Of a stretch of DNA of 64,000 bases, positions 1-8,324 are shown in pieces. This DNA is from Chitinophaga pinensis (lineage in GTDB: Bacteria > Bacteroidota > Bacteroidia > Chitinophagales > CAIOSU01): the NCBI GenBank assembly GCA_945901065.1, contig CAMDKI010000004.1, positions 29,166 through 93,165 on the forward strand, in the 5' to 3' direction. The stretch's first letter is position 1. Each line of letters begins with the position of its first letter. The translations under genes were made by a program, and so were the position numbers. The notes below the pieces were generated by a model that did no database searches, was not told where the DNA came from, and was given only the letters and a program-made list of their open reading frames with translations.

Positions 1-1372
1 CGCTGTAGGCTAAGCCTTGCAAATCGTATACGTTGTTTGGGTTGGTGTTAGAGCCCGCATAAACATAGTCGCAGTGTGTGGTGGTGCAGCTGTTTGCAAC
101 ATCAACTACAGTTAGGCATACATAGTACGTATCAACGGCGCTGTAAAAGTTTACTGGATTTTGCTGATTGCTAGTGTTGCCATCGCCAAAGTCCCAAAAA
201 TAATATTGGTTGTTGGTGTTTGTTCCTGCTGAGAAGTAGGTACCCATTGCTCCATTTTGGTAAGTGAATACTGCAGAGCAATTGCTGCCACCACCGTTAA
301 CCGTAACTGTAACGCAATATGTATCTGTGCATGAGTTAGCTGAGTCAACCACCGTTAGGCAGGCAATGTAGTTGCCAGCCGCAGCATAAGTATGGCTCGG
401 ATTGGGAATGTAGCTAAACGAACTGTCGCCAAAATCCCAATTATAGCTGTAGTTGCTTAATGCGCTTGAGTAAAAATCAGCGGTTAGCCCTACATTTTGA
501 AAGCCAAAGGTAGCATCGCAAGCTCCAGATGTTGAAATGGTAATGGTTTTGCAATAGGTATCGGTGCAAGTTATTACTCCATTTGGATTTGCAACTGTAA
601 TTGTTAGGCAGGCGGTGTAAGCTCCGTTTGTGACATAAGTATGAGTTGGGTTGGCCAAAGTAGAAGTGGTGCTATCGCCAAAACTCCATATGTAACTCAC
701 GGTTCCACCAGAGGTTTGTGAATAGTCGGTAAACGAAACCGTGTTGTTGCTGGCTGGCGAGAAAGTATAAGCAAAGTATGATTGGCAGCCACTTGCAACA
801 ACTATAGAAATGGTGTCGCAATAAGTGTCTGTGCAAACTATACCGCCATTAGCACCCACTGCAACCGTTAAGCAAACGGTATAGGTTCCGCTTGTTGAAT
901 AGGTATGTGTAGGGCTGGTAGAGGTTGATGTTGTGCTATCACCAAAATCCCATGAGTAATAAACGTTTCCACCCGATGCTTGCGTGTAATTGGTAAAGGA
1001 AAAAGTGTTGTTCCCATTTGGTGAAACGGTCGATCCAAAATAAGCTTGGCAACTGCTAGGTTGCTGGCCTACATACAATGAGTCGCAATAGGTGTCTCTG
1101 CATATTGCTCCGTTCACTTGCGCTTCAATTGATAAGCAAACAAAGTACCAACCGCCAGTCGCGTATTGGTGTATTGGGTTTTGATCGGTGCTGGTGCCAC
1201 CGTCGCCAAAGTCCCAGGCGTAAAGGGTGGTGTTGGGGTCAGTGCCAGAGCTGTCAACAAATGTTGCAGTTACGTTTGAGGTGCTCCAGCCCATCCATGA
1301 GGCGGTGCATTGTGCCATGCTCGCGGTATAACCGGCGATGATAAGGCTTAAGGTGATTAATAGGTTTTTCAT
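1..1372 (-). CDS. PKD-repeat secreted protein, N-terminal part (ORF runs off the left window edge and is absent from the supplied track)
   Basis: Manual translation of the minus strand from ATG at 1372-1370 gives MKNLLITLSLIIAGYTASMAQC (signal peptide). At least 5 PKD-type repeats follow, each with WDFGDG..S....P.H.Y...G.Y..CL.V. No stop codon occurs down to position 1. Confidence 0.8.
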   Translation of the reverse strand, partial: MKNLLITLSLIIAGYTASMAQCTASWMGWSTSNVTATFVDSSGTDPNTTLYAWDFGDGGTSTDQNPIHQYATGGWYFVCLSIEAQVNGAICRDTYCDSLYVGQQPSSCQAYFGSTVSPNGNNTFSFTNYTQASGGNVYYSWDFGDSTTSTSTSPTHTYSTSGTYTVCLTVAVGANGGIVCTDTYCDTISIVVASGCQSYFAYTFSPASNNTVSFTDYSQTSGGTVSYIWSFGDSTTSTLANPTHTYVTNGAYTACLTITVANPNGVITCTDTYCKTITISTSGACDATFGFQNVGLTADFYSSALSNYSYNWDFGDSSFSYIPNPSHTYAAAGNYIACLTVVDSANSCTDTYCVTVTVNGGGSNCSAVFTYQNGAMGTYFSAGTNTNNQYYFWDFGDGNTSNQQNPVNFYSAVDTYYVCLTVVDVANSCTTTHCDYVYAGSNTNPNNVYDLQGLAYS

Positions 1373-1577
1373 AGCTCTTGTTTTTTGTTTCTGTAAATCT
1401 ACTTTCGATAAATAGCCCCATCAATTACAATTTCTGGGCTTTATCAGCAGCTTTTTGGGGTTTGAGTAAAAATTATCTGTTTCTTTTTGAAGGGTGTATT
1501 TAATTAAGTTGTTGATTTCCAATTGGTTTGTGTCTGTTTGCTGCCTTACAAAAACCAGCTGTTATCAACTTTTAGGA

Positions 1578-2678
1578 TCATTTTTCAACTAATATTTTCT
1601 TCACAATACTGCCACTGCGGGTCTCAATGTGCAATAAATACATTCCAGCAGCTAATTGCGTGCAATCTATATTGTTTCTAGTGTCTTTTTCAACTGATTG
1701 GTAAGTGATGATGTTTCCCGTTAGGTCGGTGAGTGTTATAAAGCCATTTTCCATCAATCCATCTATAATAAAGTATGCGTTGGTTGGTTGAGGATATACC
1801 CTCAGTTTGTTAAACTGAAGTGTTGGTGCACTTGCTGCCACATCAACAAACGGCAGGCTTACTGCATCAGCATTTCCCGACGATTTAAGTAAATCTTTTG
1901 ATGTCATCCTTATGTTGCTCAAACTCAGTTCTAACGGGCCAGCAACCATTTTACCAATCAAGTTATCTTCGATAATAAAACTTATCGATAGGAGGCGCTG
2001 CGATGCAAGGGAAATAGGGTTGCCAGACGAGCCACCTGAGTTTGCCAACCGGGTAATGGCCAAATCAAGAGTGCCGGAGTCGTTATTATCGGTCGATAAA
2101 AGAAATACCCTGTCAATTGGCGCATCTAGTAGCGAATCGGGCGTTGCAGAGACGCTGTTGGCAACTATTAACGATGTATCGTAATTAAAGGATAGCGCCA
2201 CCCCGAAAAAGTTGGCAGGGAGTAATGCGTTTCCTGCAAAAATATCAAGAGTAATAGTATCGCCTGCGCGCAAGGAGTTGGGCAAACCGCTGAAATAAAA
2301 GACAGGGCTAAGTGAATCGGGAGTGGGAAATGGGTCGACTATGATTGTGCCATGCGTTGAGTCATAGTTTTGTTGTATAGCGTTAAAATCGCTGGTGCCA
2401 ACAAAACCGTTACCATCACAATCGAGATAAGCATAATTAGTGCTATCGGGCAGTATGTCGTTCCATGGGCTGCCTTGGCTTGCCTGCCACACTATACCTT
2501 GGTTGTTGCGCACGGGGCCTTGAGTATTGAAACCTACTCCTAGGTACAGCACATCAACGGTATTTACAACGCCATCATTATTTACATCGCCAGGCCAAAC
2601 AGTTACTTGGGCGTAAATTGGCACCGAAAGTAGCATGGCAAAGGCTATTATCCAGAATCTTAAAGTAGTATCCTTCAT
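1578..2678 (-). CDS. secreted protein with dockerin-like repeats, a cohesin-like module and a T9SS C-terminal sorting domain
   Basis: Signal peptide present. Two Ca-binding dockerin-type segments (GDVNNDGVVNTVDVLYLG and DCDGNGFVGTSDFNAIQQNY). A cohesin-like stretch (ITLDIFAGNALLPANFFGVALSFNYDTSLIV). The C-terminus (YPQPTNAYF...GMYLLHIETRSGSIVKKILVEK) is typical of T9SS type-A CTDs. Confidence 0.75.
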   Translation of the reverse strand: MKDTTLRFWIIAFAMLLSVPIYAQVTVWPGDVNNDGVVNTVDVLYLGVGFNTQGPVRNNQGIVWQASQGSPWNDILPDSTNYAYLDCDGNGFVGTSDFNAIQQNYDSTHGTIIVDPFPTPDSLSPVFYFSGLPNSLRAGDTITLDIFAGNALLPANFFGVALSFNYDTSLIVANSVSATPDSLLDAPIDRVFLLSTDNNDSGTLDLAITRLANSGGSSGNPISLASQRLLSISFIIEDNLIGKMVAGPLELSLSNIRMTSKDLLKSSGNADAVSLPFVDVAASAPTLQFNKLRVYPQPTNAYFIIDGLMENGFITLTDLTGNIITYQSVEKDTRNNIDCTQLAAGMYLLHIETRSGSIVKKILVEK

Positions 2679-2940
2679 CTCTTAGTTGTTCGTTTCGTAA
2701 TTGCCTTTTTTCTCAAGTTTAAAGATATTATTTGTTTCTTCGGATGAAAATTACATTTTAGCTGAAAAATCAGCCAAATTATCGATTTTTTGCTCTAGTT
2801 AAATTCTATAAAAAATTGAAAATCAAACTTTTAAGACGTGATAATATTGCAATAAAATCAATTATTATTTCCAAAATCATTATGCGATGCTAGTTTAATT
2901 GTATTAGATTTATGCCAATGCATCTAAAATTCGGGTTTTT

Positions 2941-4356
2941 ATGGAAGACAGTAAGCTAATTGAACTACTTAAAAGCTATAGCACCAAGGAATTGCGTGAG
3001 TTTAATGAATTTGTACAATCACCGTTTTTTAATAAAAACACTGAACTCACGCGCCTTTATGAGCATCTGCGTACTTTAGCGCCTACCTTTGCATCAGTAA
3101 AAATACAGCGAGAGGCAATTTTTACTGCTTTATATCCGGGTAAGCCTTATGATGAAAAACAACTAAATTATCTCAACAATTTCTTGCTCAAACTTGCCGA
3201 GCAATTTATTGCCTATTGCAGGTTTCGCGACAATGAACTAATTGAGCGGTACCATTTGCTGGAGGCATATAACCAGCGCAACCTTGATAAGCACTACCAA
3301 TTTATATACAACCAAACCAATAAATTGCTTGACGAGTGGCCGAACCGAAACCATGAGTTTTATCAATTGCAGTATTTACTGGCAGATATTAGCAACAGGC
3401 ACTTTCTAAAACAGCAGATACGCAGGTATGATGATAGGTTGCAATTGGCGGGCGATTATCTCGATCAATATTATTTGGCTGCCAAGCTTAAGTATAGCTG
3501 CGAAATGCTTGATCGCAAGATGTCGATAGCAGCTGAGTATGAGGTGCGGTTTGCCAACGTTATAGCTAAGCTGGTTGATGACAACCCGCAATTAGATACA
3601 CCACCTATTGCTATATACCATACCTTGCTTAATATGTTGCTTGATATGGGCAATGCTGCCTATTTTAAAAAGTTGGTGGCGCTCACCGAGCAGTATAAGC
3701 ATCATTTTCCGATGGAGGAGCTAAAAGATCTATACTCGTATGCCATAAATTACTGTATACGACGTGTAAACCAGGGAGCACCTGAGTTTTTGGAAGAGCT
3801 CTTTAGCCAATACTTGAAATCATTGGATGCTGGTACACTAATGGAGGGCGGGTTTTTATCGCCTTGGGCTTATAAAAATTTGATAGGAGTGGGGCTGAGG
3901 CTAAAGAAGTTTGATTGGACAGAAGCGTTTATAAAGGAGTATAATGATAAACTTGCTGCCGAGTTTAGGGCCAACGCACTGCATTACAATTTAGCGGAGC
4001 TATATTACTACCAAAAAGACCATGCCACAGCGCTCGAGCATTTGAACAAGGTGGCGTTTAGCGATATTTATTATAATCTCGACACCAAGAAAATGATGTT
4101 AAAGATTTATTATGAGTTGGATGAAATAGAAGCGCTATTGTCGTTATTGACCAGTTTTAAAATGTTCCTGCGCCGCACCAAGCTCATATCAGCGTCAAAC
4201 AAAGTGGCCTACTTAAATTTTGTTCAGGCTCTTACCTTGCTCTCCCGAAAAGAGCGACGCTTGCAATCAGCTATTGAACGGATGCTCAACGACCCTGAGC
4301 CCCTAGGTGATAGAGCCTGGCTTAAGCTTATGTTTAAAAGTGCCAAGGTTTACTAA
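2941..4356 (+). CDS. hypothetical protein (predicted all-helical, TPR-like)
   Basis: Uninterrupted 471-aa ORF with typical coding composition. I recognise no catalytic motif. Confidence 0.6.
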   Translation: MEDSKLIELLKSYSTKELREFNEFVQSPFFNKNTELTRLYEHLRTLAPTFASVKIQREAIFTALYPGKPYDEKQLNYLNNFLLKLAEQFIAYCRFRDNELIERYHLLEAYNQRNLDKHYQFIYNQTNKLLDEWPNRNHEFYQLQYLLADISNRHFLKQQIRRYDDRLQLAGDYLDQYYLAAKLKYSCEMLDRKMSIAAEYEVRFANVIAKLVDDNPQLDTPPIAIYHTLLNMLLDMGNAAYFKKLVALTEQYKHHFPMEELKDLYSYAINYCIRRVNQGAPEFLEELFSQYLKSLDAGTLMEGGFLSPWAYKNLIGVGLRLKKFDWTEAFIKEYNDKLAAEFRANALHYNLAELYYYQKDHATALEHLNKVAFSDIYYNLDTKKMMLKIYYELDEIEALLSLLTSFKMFLRRTKLISASNKVAYLNFVQALTLLSRKERRLQSAIERMLNDPEPLGDRAWLKLMFKSAKVY

Positions 4357-4383
4357 ACCTATTTATGTTGAATAGTTGTCTAT

Positions 4384-6909
4384 CTAAATTTTTATAAACA
4401 GACTAGCATATATGGCCCACTTAGTAATGTTCGGCTTGTTGAGATGGGTAATTCTGTGGATGTAGTCGATACGGATGAACTTGAAAATATTTTCGATAGC
4501 TACACCCGCCTCGGCATAAGGGATAGGGTAGGCTATATCAAAACTGTTGAGTTTGTTGTATTGCTGGTTGGCCTTACTCATATTGCCATAAAACACGTTA
4601 GAGGTAATAACCTCGCGCCATTTTAGCTTTTTGATACCAGGTATTTTATCAAATAGCATACCGCCAAAGTACCATTGAAAGTTTAGACTTGCATATTGGT
4701 CGGCACTAAACTCAAGCAAGCTCATATTGTTGTATAGGTATTTGTTATGCACATACGAAAAGTTGCCCTCTGGGTTGCGAAGTAACAAATAAGGCAGGGT
4801 ACCGAATATTTTACCAACCCAAGCATTATAATAGAAACTCATTTTGGCGGTCAATTGCACATCGCCTTGTATGCCCATTGCCACTTCATGGTATTTGAAA
4901 TCGCTCTGTACCAGTTTTGGTATACCAGCAGTATACATAAACCTTACAATAGGCCATTCATTCTTCTTGCGGAACTGGCCAAAAAAGCGTGCCATTTGCG
5001 CTTCGCGAAGGAAGGTGCCAGGCAATGGCTTGCTTTTGTATTGCCACCTGATTGACACCGATGCTTCTGATGATATTAAATCGGAGCGGATGATGTTGTT
5101 CTTTTCGTAGGCAAAGTCAAATGCAGGTTTAAACCTTCGGTGAAGCAAAGTAACATAAGCGATTACGTCTTTGTGCAGCTCGGTATCATACACTAACTTA
5201 TACGACTCAATATTGTAAAGCCGTTGTATGGCATTCTTTTTTTGCAATACACTAAAAACGTTGTCGTAGTCCATTTCCTCGGCATTTCGACTTTTAAGGT
5301 CCACATCGGTAAAGGCACTAATGGCTATTTTGTTCCAAGGCTTTCGCGAAATGATAAATTGAACTTTACCGCCATATTTTACTCTTTCGTCTTTAAAACC
5401 ATACGCAATGTAGCCTTCTAACTGCACTCGCTCACTAAATACAGGCGTTGTGCGGGCTCCTAGCCTCAACCGGAAGCCTTCTACATCGTTGATACTGAAA
5501 AAGTTGGCAATTGGGCCAAACTCAATTACTTTTTTCACTCTGGCAAAGCCGCTTGTAAGTGTTGATGCGGCAAAGAATATGGTTTTAAATTTCCTGGTCT
5601 TTTTTAAGCTATCTACCATATCATATATACCTAGCTCAGTGTCACCAAGCTCGGCATGGCGCATAGTATCCCAGTATACTTCATCATGCTCATAGGCGTC
5701 ATTTTCAATATCAGTTGCATCAAATGCCGACCATGCATCGTCAGGTATAGGTTCGTTTATTTCAAGTTTTCTGTAACTTTTGTTCTTTTTACCAATAATC
5801 TTGGTTTCGCCTCCGATGTAGTAGGTAAACTGAATTTTGAGTTGCTCATTACTCGGCATCCAGAATTCTATTGAATCGCCAAGCGTCGGTTGATAGGGCA
5901 CAAAGTCGTTATAAAACGATAACTTTTCAATAAAGCCAATGTTTACATCCTCGGATAGCTCCATCTCAATGGTTCTGATGGCGTTGCTGTTCAAACTGAT
6001 AAGCATTTTGCCCGTAAAGGTATTCTCTCCCTTGCGCTTCGGTTTGAAATTCATTTCAAGGTGCGGCTGTCCGTCAATATAAAGCGTGTCATATTCCAGC
6101 AGCGTATATTTGTATACTCCAAGGGCATAGTCGGCAACTGGGCTCACAAAGTTTTTGCCCATTACAGCAATCAAGTTATCGTATATGTTCAGGTTTTGGT
6201 TTACATCACTAAGCAGGGTAGTTATAAAGTCCTGTTTTTGCACACCCGACATTTTTACGCCTTGCACATGCTCCGTAATCTTGGTAGGGTCATTTTGCAG
6301 ATAAGTATTGCTTATGTTCTCAATTAAGAAAATAGGCAAAGTAGATGACCCATTTCCACTCGAGGTATCTACATAATCTTTTAGGTGCGGAAAACGTGAT
6401 AGCAGTTTACTTTCATCAATATTTTCGGGCGCAAAATCGGCCAGGTCAATTTGGTATTTGGTATATGCCTCGTATTGCAGGGTGGTGAATTGTGATGGGT
6501 TGAGATGCGGCTTGTTTTTAATAATCCTTCGCAGCAACACATCGGCTGGGTTTTCGCCTGCAACCACGGTGGCCACATCTAATGATATGGCATCCATTTG
6601 CAACTCGAAATTGATGGTTTGCTCGGCCGCCGCTGTAATAGGCTTTTTTAGTATCTTAAAACCCAAAGCAGATGCAGTAAGGGTATCAGCGCGCTTGTTT
6701 ACATTCAGTTCATACTTACCTTCGTCATCGGTTAAGGTTCCAATAAACTTACCCTCAACGTACACATTGGTGTAAGGCATAGGCTCGCCAGTGGCAGCAT
6801 CGGTTACGCGCCCACGGATGATGGTGTTCTGGGCCGATAAGCCCAGGCTAGCCAAAAGGAAAGCGAGAAATAGACCAAGGAAGTAATGGGTGCCTTTCAA
6901 AATCATCAA
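4384..6909 (-). CDS. carboxypeptidase-regulatory-like domain / DUF5686-type outer-membrane-associated protein
   Basis: Signal peptide followed by a CarboxypepD_reg-like N-terminus (IIRGRVTDAATGEPMPYTNVYVEGKFIGTLTDDEGKYEL). Size of about 840 aa and C-terminal beta-rich region match the Bacteroidota DUF5686 family. Confidence 0.75.
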   Translation of the reverse strand: MMILKGTHYFLGLFLAFLLASLGLSAQNTIIRGRVTDAATGEPMPYTNVYVEGKFIGTLTDDEGKYELNVNKRADTLTASALGFKILKKPITAAAEQTINFELQMDAISLDVATVVAGENPADVLLRRIIKNKPHLNPSQFTTLQYEAYTKYQIDLADFAPENIDESKLLSRFPHLKDYVDTSSGNGSSTLPIFLIENISNTYLQNDPTKITEHVQGVKMSGVQKQDFITTLLSDVNQNLNIYDNLIAVMGKNFVSPVADYALGVYKYTLLEYDTLYIDGQPHLEMNFKPKRKGENTFTGKMLISLNSNAIRTIEMELSEDVNIGFIEKLSFYNDFVPYQPTLGDSIEFWMPSNEQLKIQFTYYIGGETKIIGKKNKSYRKLEINEPIPDDAWSAFDATDIENDAYEHDEVYWDTMRHAELGDTELGIYDMVDSLKKTRKFKTIFFAASTLTSGFARVKKVIEFGPIANFFSINDVEGFRLRLGARTTPVFSERVQLEGYIAYGFKDERVKYGGKVQFIISRKPWNKIAISAFTDVDLKSRNAEEMDYDNVFSVLQKKNAIQRLYNIESYKLVYDTELHKDVIAYVTLLHRRFKPAFDFAYEKNNIIRSDLISSEASVSIRWQYKSKPLPGTFLREAQMARFFGQFRKKNEWPIVRFMYTAGIPKLVQSDFKYHEVAMGIQGDVQLTAKMSFYYNAWVGKIFGTLPYLLLRNPEGNFSYVHNKYLYNNMSLLEFSADQYASLNFQWYFGGMLFDKIPGIKKLKWREVITSNVFYGNMSKANQQYNKLNSFDIAYPIPYAEAGVAIENIFKFIRIDYIHRITHLNKPNITKWAIYASLFIKI

Positions 6910-6953
6910 TGCCTTAAAATAGTTTGCAAAACTAAGCTAAATCTATGCCAGAT

Positions 6954-7622
6954 TCACTTTTTTTTGAACACCAATAGTTCATGGTTAAACAAACGTCCTT
7001 TGCTAAGGGTATGGTTGCCTTGCAACTGCAATCCGTAGTAATTAAATAAGTTTACGTAACCGTTTAGCGTATATTGGTGTGGATGAAGAATGTCGCCCGG
7101 TATTAAGCGAAATAGCTTTTGAAATACACTATAATTATGCGCATCCAAGGTCATTACAATTACACCATTTTGGCTGGTTGCAGCTACTAATTTTTCAGTG
7201 GCCAATTCAATATCGGCAACGTGGTTTAGGGCATTCATGCAAAAAACCAACTCAAAAGGCTCTCGGCATTTAAACTGCTCCAGCGGTATATTCCTAAAAT
7301 CGACCCATGGGAAAACGGACGTATCAAAATGTTCAAGCCAATACGCATAAGTTTCAATTAGCGGGTCGATGGCCGTTACTGGGTGTGCGTTTAGCACCAT
7401 ATAAACACCAGCAGGGCCGCATCCAGCATCGAGTACGGGCATGCTTTTGTTGCTTAGTAGGCTATCCAACTCAGGCAACAACTTGGTAGCTTGGTTCAAC
7501 AGACTTTGCCAGTAATCGCATTTCCATTTGTGGTACGTGGGCCAATCCTTACCATGTAAGTACCTCCGCCACCAGTATTGCTCAACATGCTGCGCAATGC
7601 GCCATCGGATGGGGTGGTTCAT
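6954..7622 (-). CDS. class I SAM-dependent methyltransferase
   Basis: SAM-binding motif I (VLDAGCGPAGVYMVL) and downstream acidic motif (VTAIDP). Confidence 0.75.
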   Translation of the reverse strand: MNHPIRWRIAQHVEQYWWRRYLHGKDWPTYHKWKCDYWQSLLNQATKLLPELDSLLSNKSMPVLDAGCGPAGVYMVLNAHPVTAIDPLIETYAYWLEHFDTSVFPWVDFRNIPLEQFKCREPFELVFCMNALNHVADIELATEKLVAATSQNGVIVMTLDAHNYSVFQKLFRLIPGDILHPHQYTLNGYVNLFNYYGLQLQGNHTLSKGRLFNHELLVFKKK

Positions 7623-7627
7623 TTGGT

Positions 7628-7661
7628 GTCTGAATCAGAATTTATAGAATTGAAGAATTTT
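7628..7661. repeat. left arm of the 34-bp inverted repeat flanking the GxxExxY gene
   Basis: GTCTGAATCAGAATTTATAGAATTGAAGAATTTT. Its reverse complement matches 8260..8293 at 33 of 34 positions. Confidence 0.9.
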
Positions 7662-7714
7662 AAAATTCTGAATGGGTTAAAAATAATTCTAAAATGCTCC
7701 ATTTGCTGAGTTAT

Positions 7715-8113
7715 TCAAACTTGCTTGGGGTGATATTTGGGGTTGAACATTAACTTATATTCTAAGCTGCTTCCGCCAAAATTAATCAATAGGCATTTGT
7801 GAAAGTCGTAAACTACCGCGTAATTTTTAGCTTGGGCAATATTTACGTCTTCCAATTTTACTAATGCCTTTATCTCAACTACTATTTGGTTATCAATTAC
7901 AAAGTCGGCCCTTCGCTCACCAACCTCAATATCATCATAGTATACCTTATGGCTTTGCTCCCTTGTGAACGGCACAACGGCTTTTTGTAATTCAATGGCC
8001 AAGCATCTTTGGTAAATAACCTCTTGAAAACCAGGACCCATTTTGGAATGTACCTTCATTGCGCATCCAATAACTGCGTATGATAATGGGTCTTTGTAAG
8101 CAGGAGTTTCCAT
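7715..8113 (-). CDS. GxxExxY family protein (PD-(D/E)xK-like, the type found in 23S rRNA intervening sequences)
   Basis: Signature GPGFQEVIY (G-x-x-E-x-x-Y) near the N-terminus. Size of 132 aa and the pattern ...ERRADFVIDNQIVVEIKA... are typical of the family. Confidence 0.85.
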   Translation of the reverse strand: METPAYKDPLSYAVIGCAMKVHSKMGPGFQEVIYQRCLAIELQKAVVPFTREQSHKVYYDDIEVGERRADFVIDNQIVVEIKALVKLEDVNIAQAKNYAVVYDFHKCLLINFGGSSLEYKLMFNPKYHPKQV

Positions 8114-8259
8114 TTAAAGGCCAATTTTGTTTTCAATTATTAAAAATAAGGAATAAAAGTTTGTAGCCAGAAATTGTTAATGAATGCAAAATGCATACCA
8201 CCACTATAGAAATAGGCGTTTGTTGGTTTAGTTTGGATAATTAAATGAACTTTAATTCT

Positions 8260-8293
8260 AAAATTCTTCAATTCTGTAAATTCTGATTCAGAC
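8260..8293. repeat. right arm of the 34-bp inverted repeat flanking the GxxExxY gene
   Basis: AAAATTCTTCAATTCTGTAAATTCTGATTCAGAC, complementary to 7628..7661 with 1 mismatch. A partial direct repeat GATTCAGAC follows at 8299..8307. Confidence 0.9.
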
Positions 8294-8311
8294 AAAGTGA
8301 TTCAGACAAGT

Positions 8312-8319
8312 TAACTTTG
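8312..8319 (+). promoter_or_regulatory. candidate Bacteroidota -7 promoter box (TAACTTTG)
   Basis: Exact match to TAnnTTTG, 5 nt upstream of the ATG at 8325. This would imply a leaderless or near-leaderless mRNA. Confidence 0.3.
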
Positions 8320-8324
8320 CCCGC

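Noticed and set aside
1078-1341. An 87-aa plus-strand ORF and a 65-aa minus-strand ORF (151..348) at the left edge
   Set aside because: Both lie inside, or out of frame with, the hand-translated PKD-repeat ORF (1..1372, minus). That ORF has a signal peptide and repeated WDFGDG motifs.
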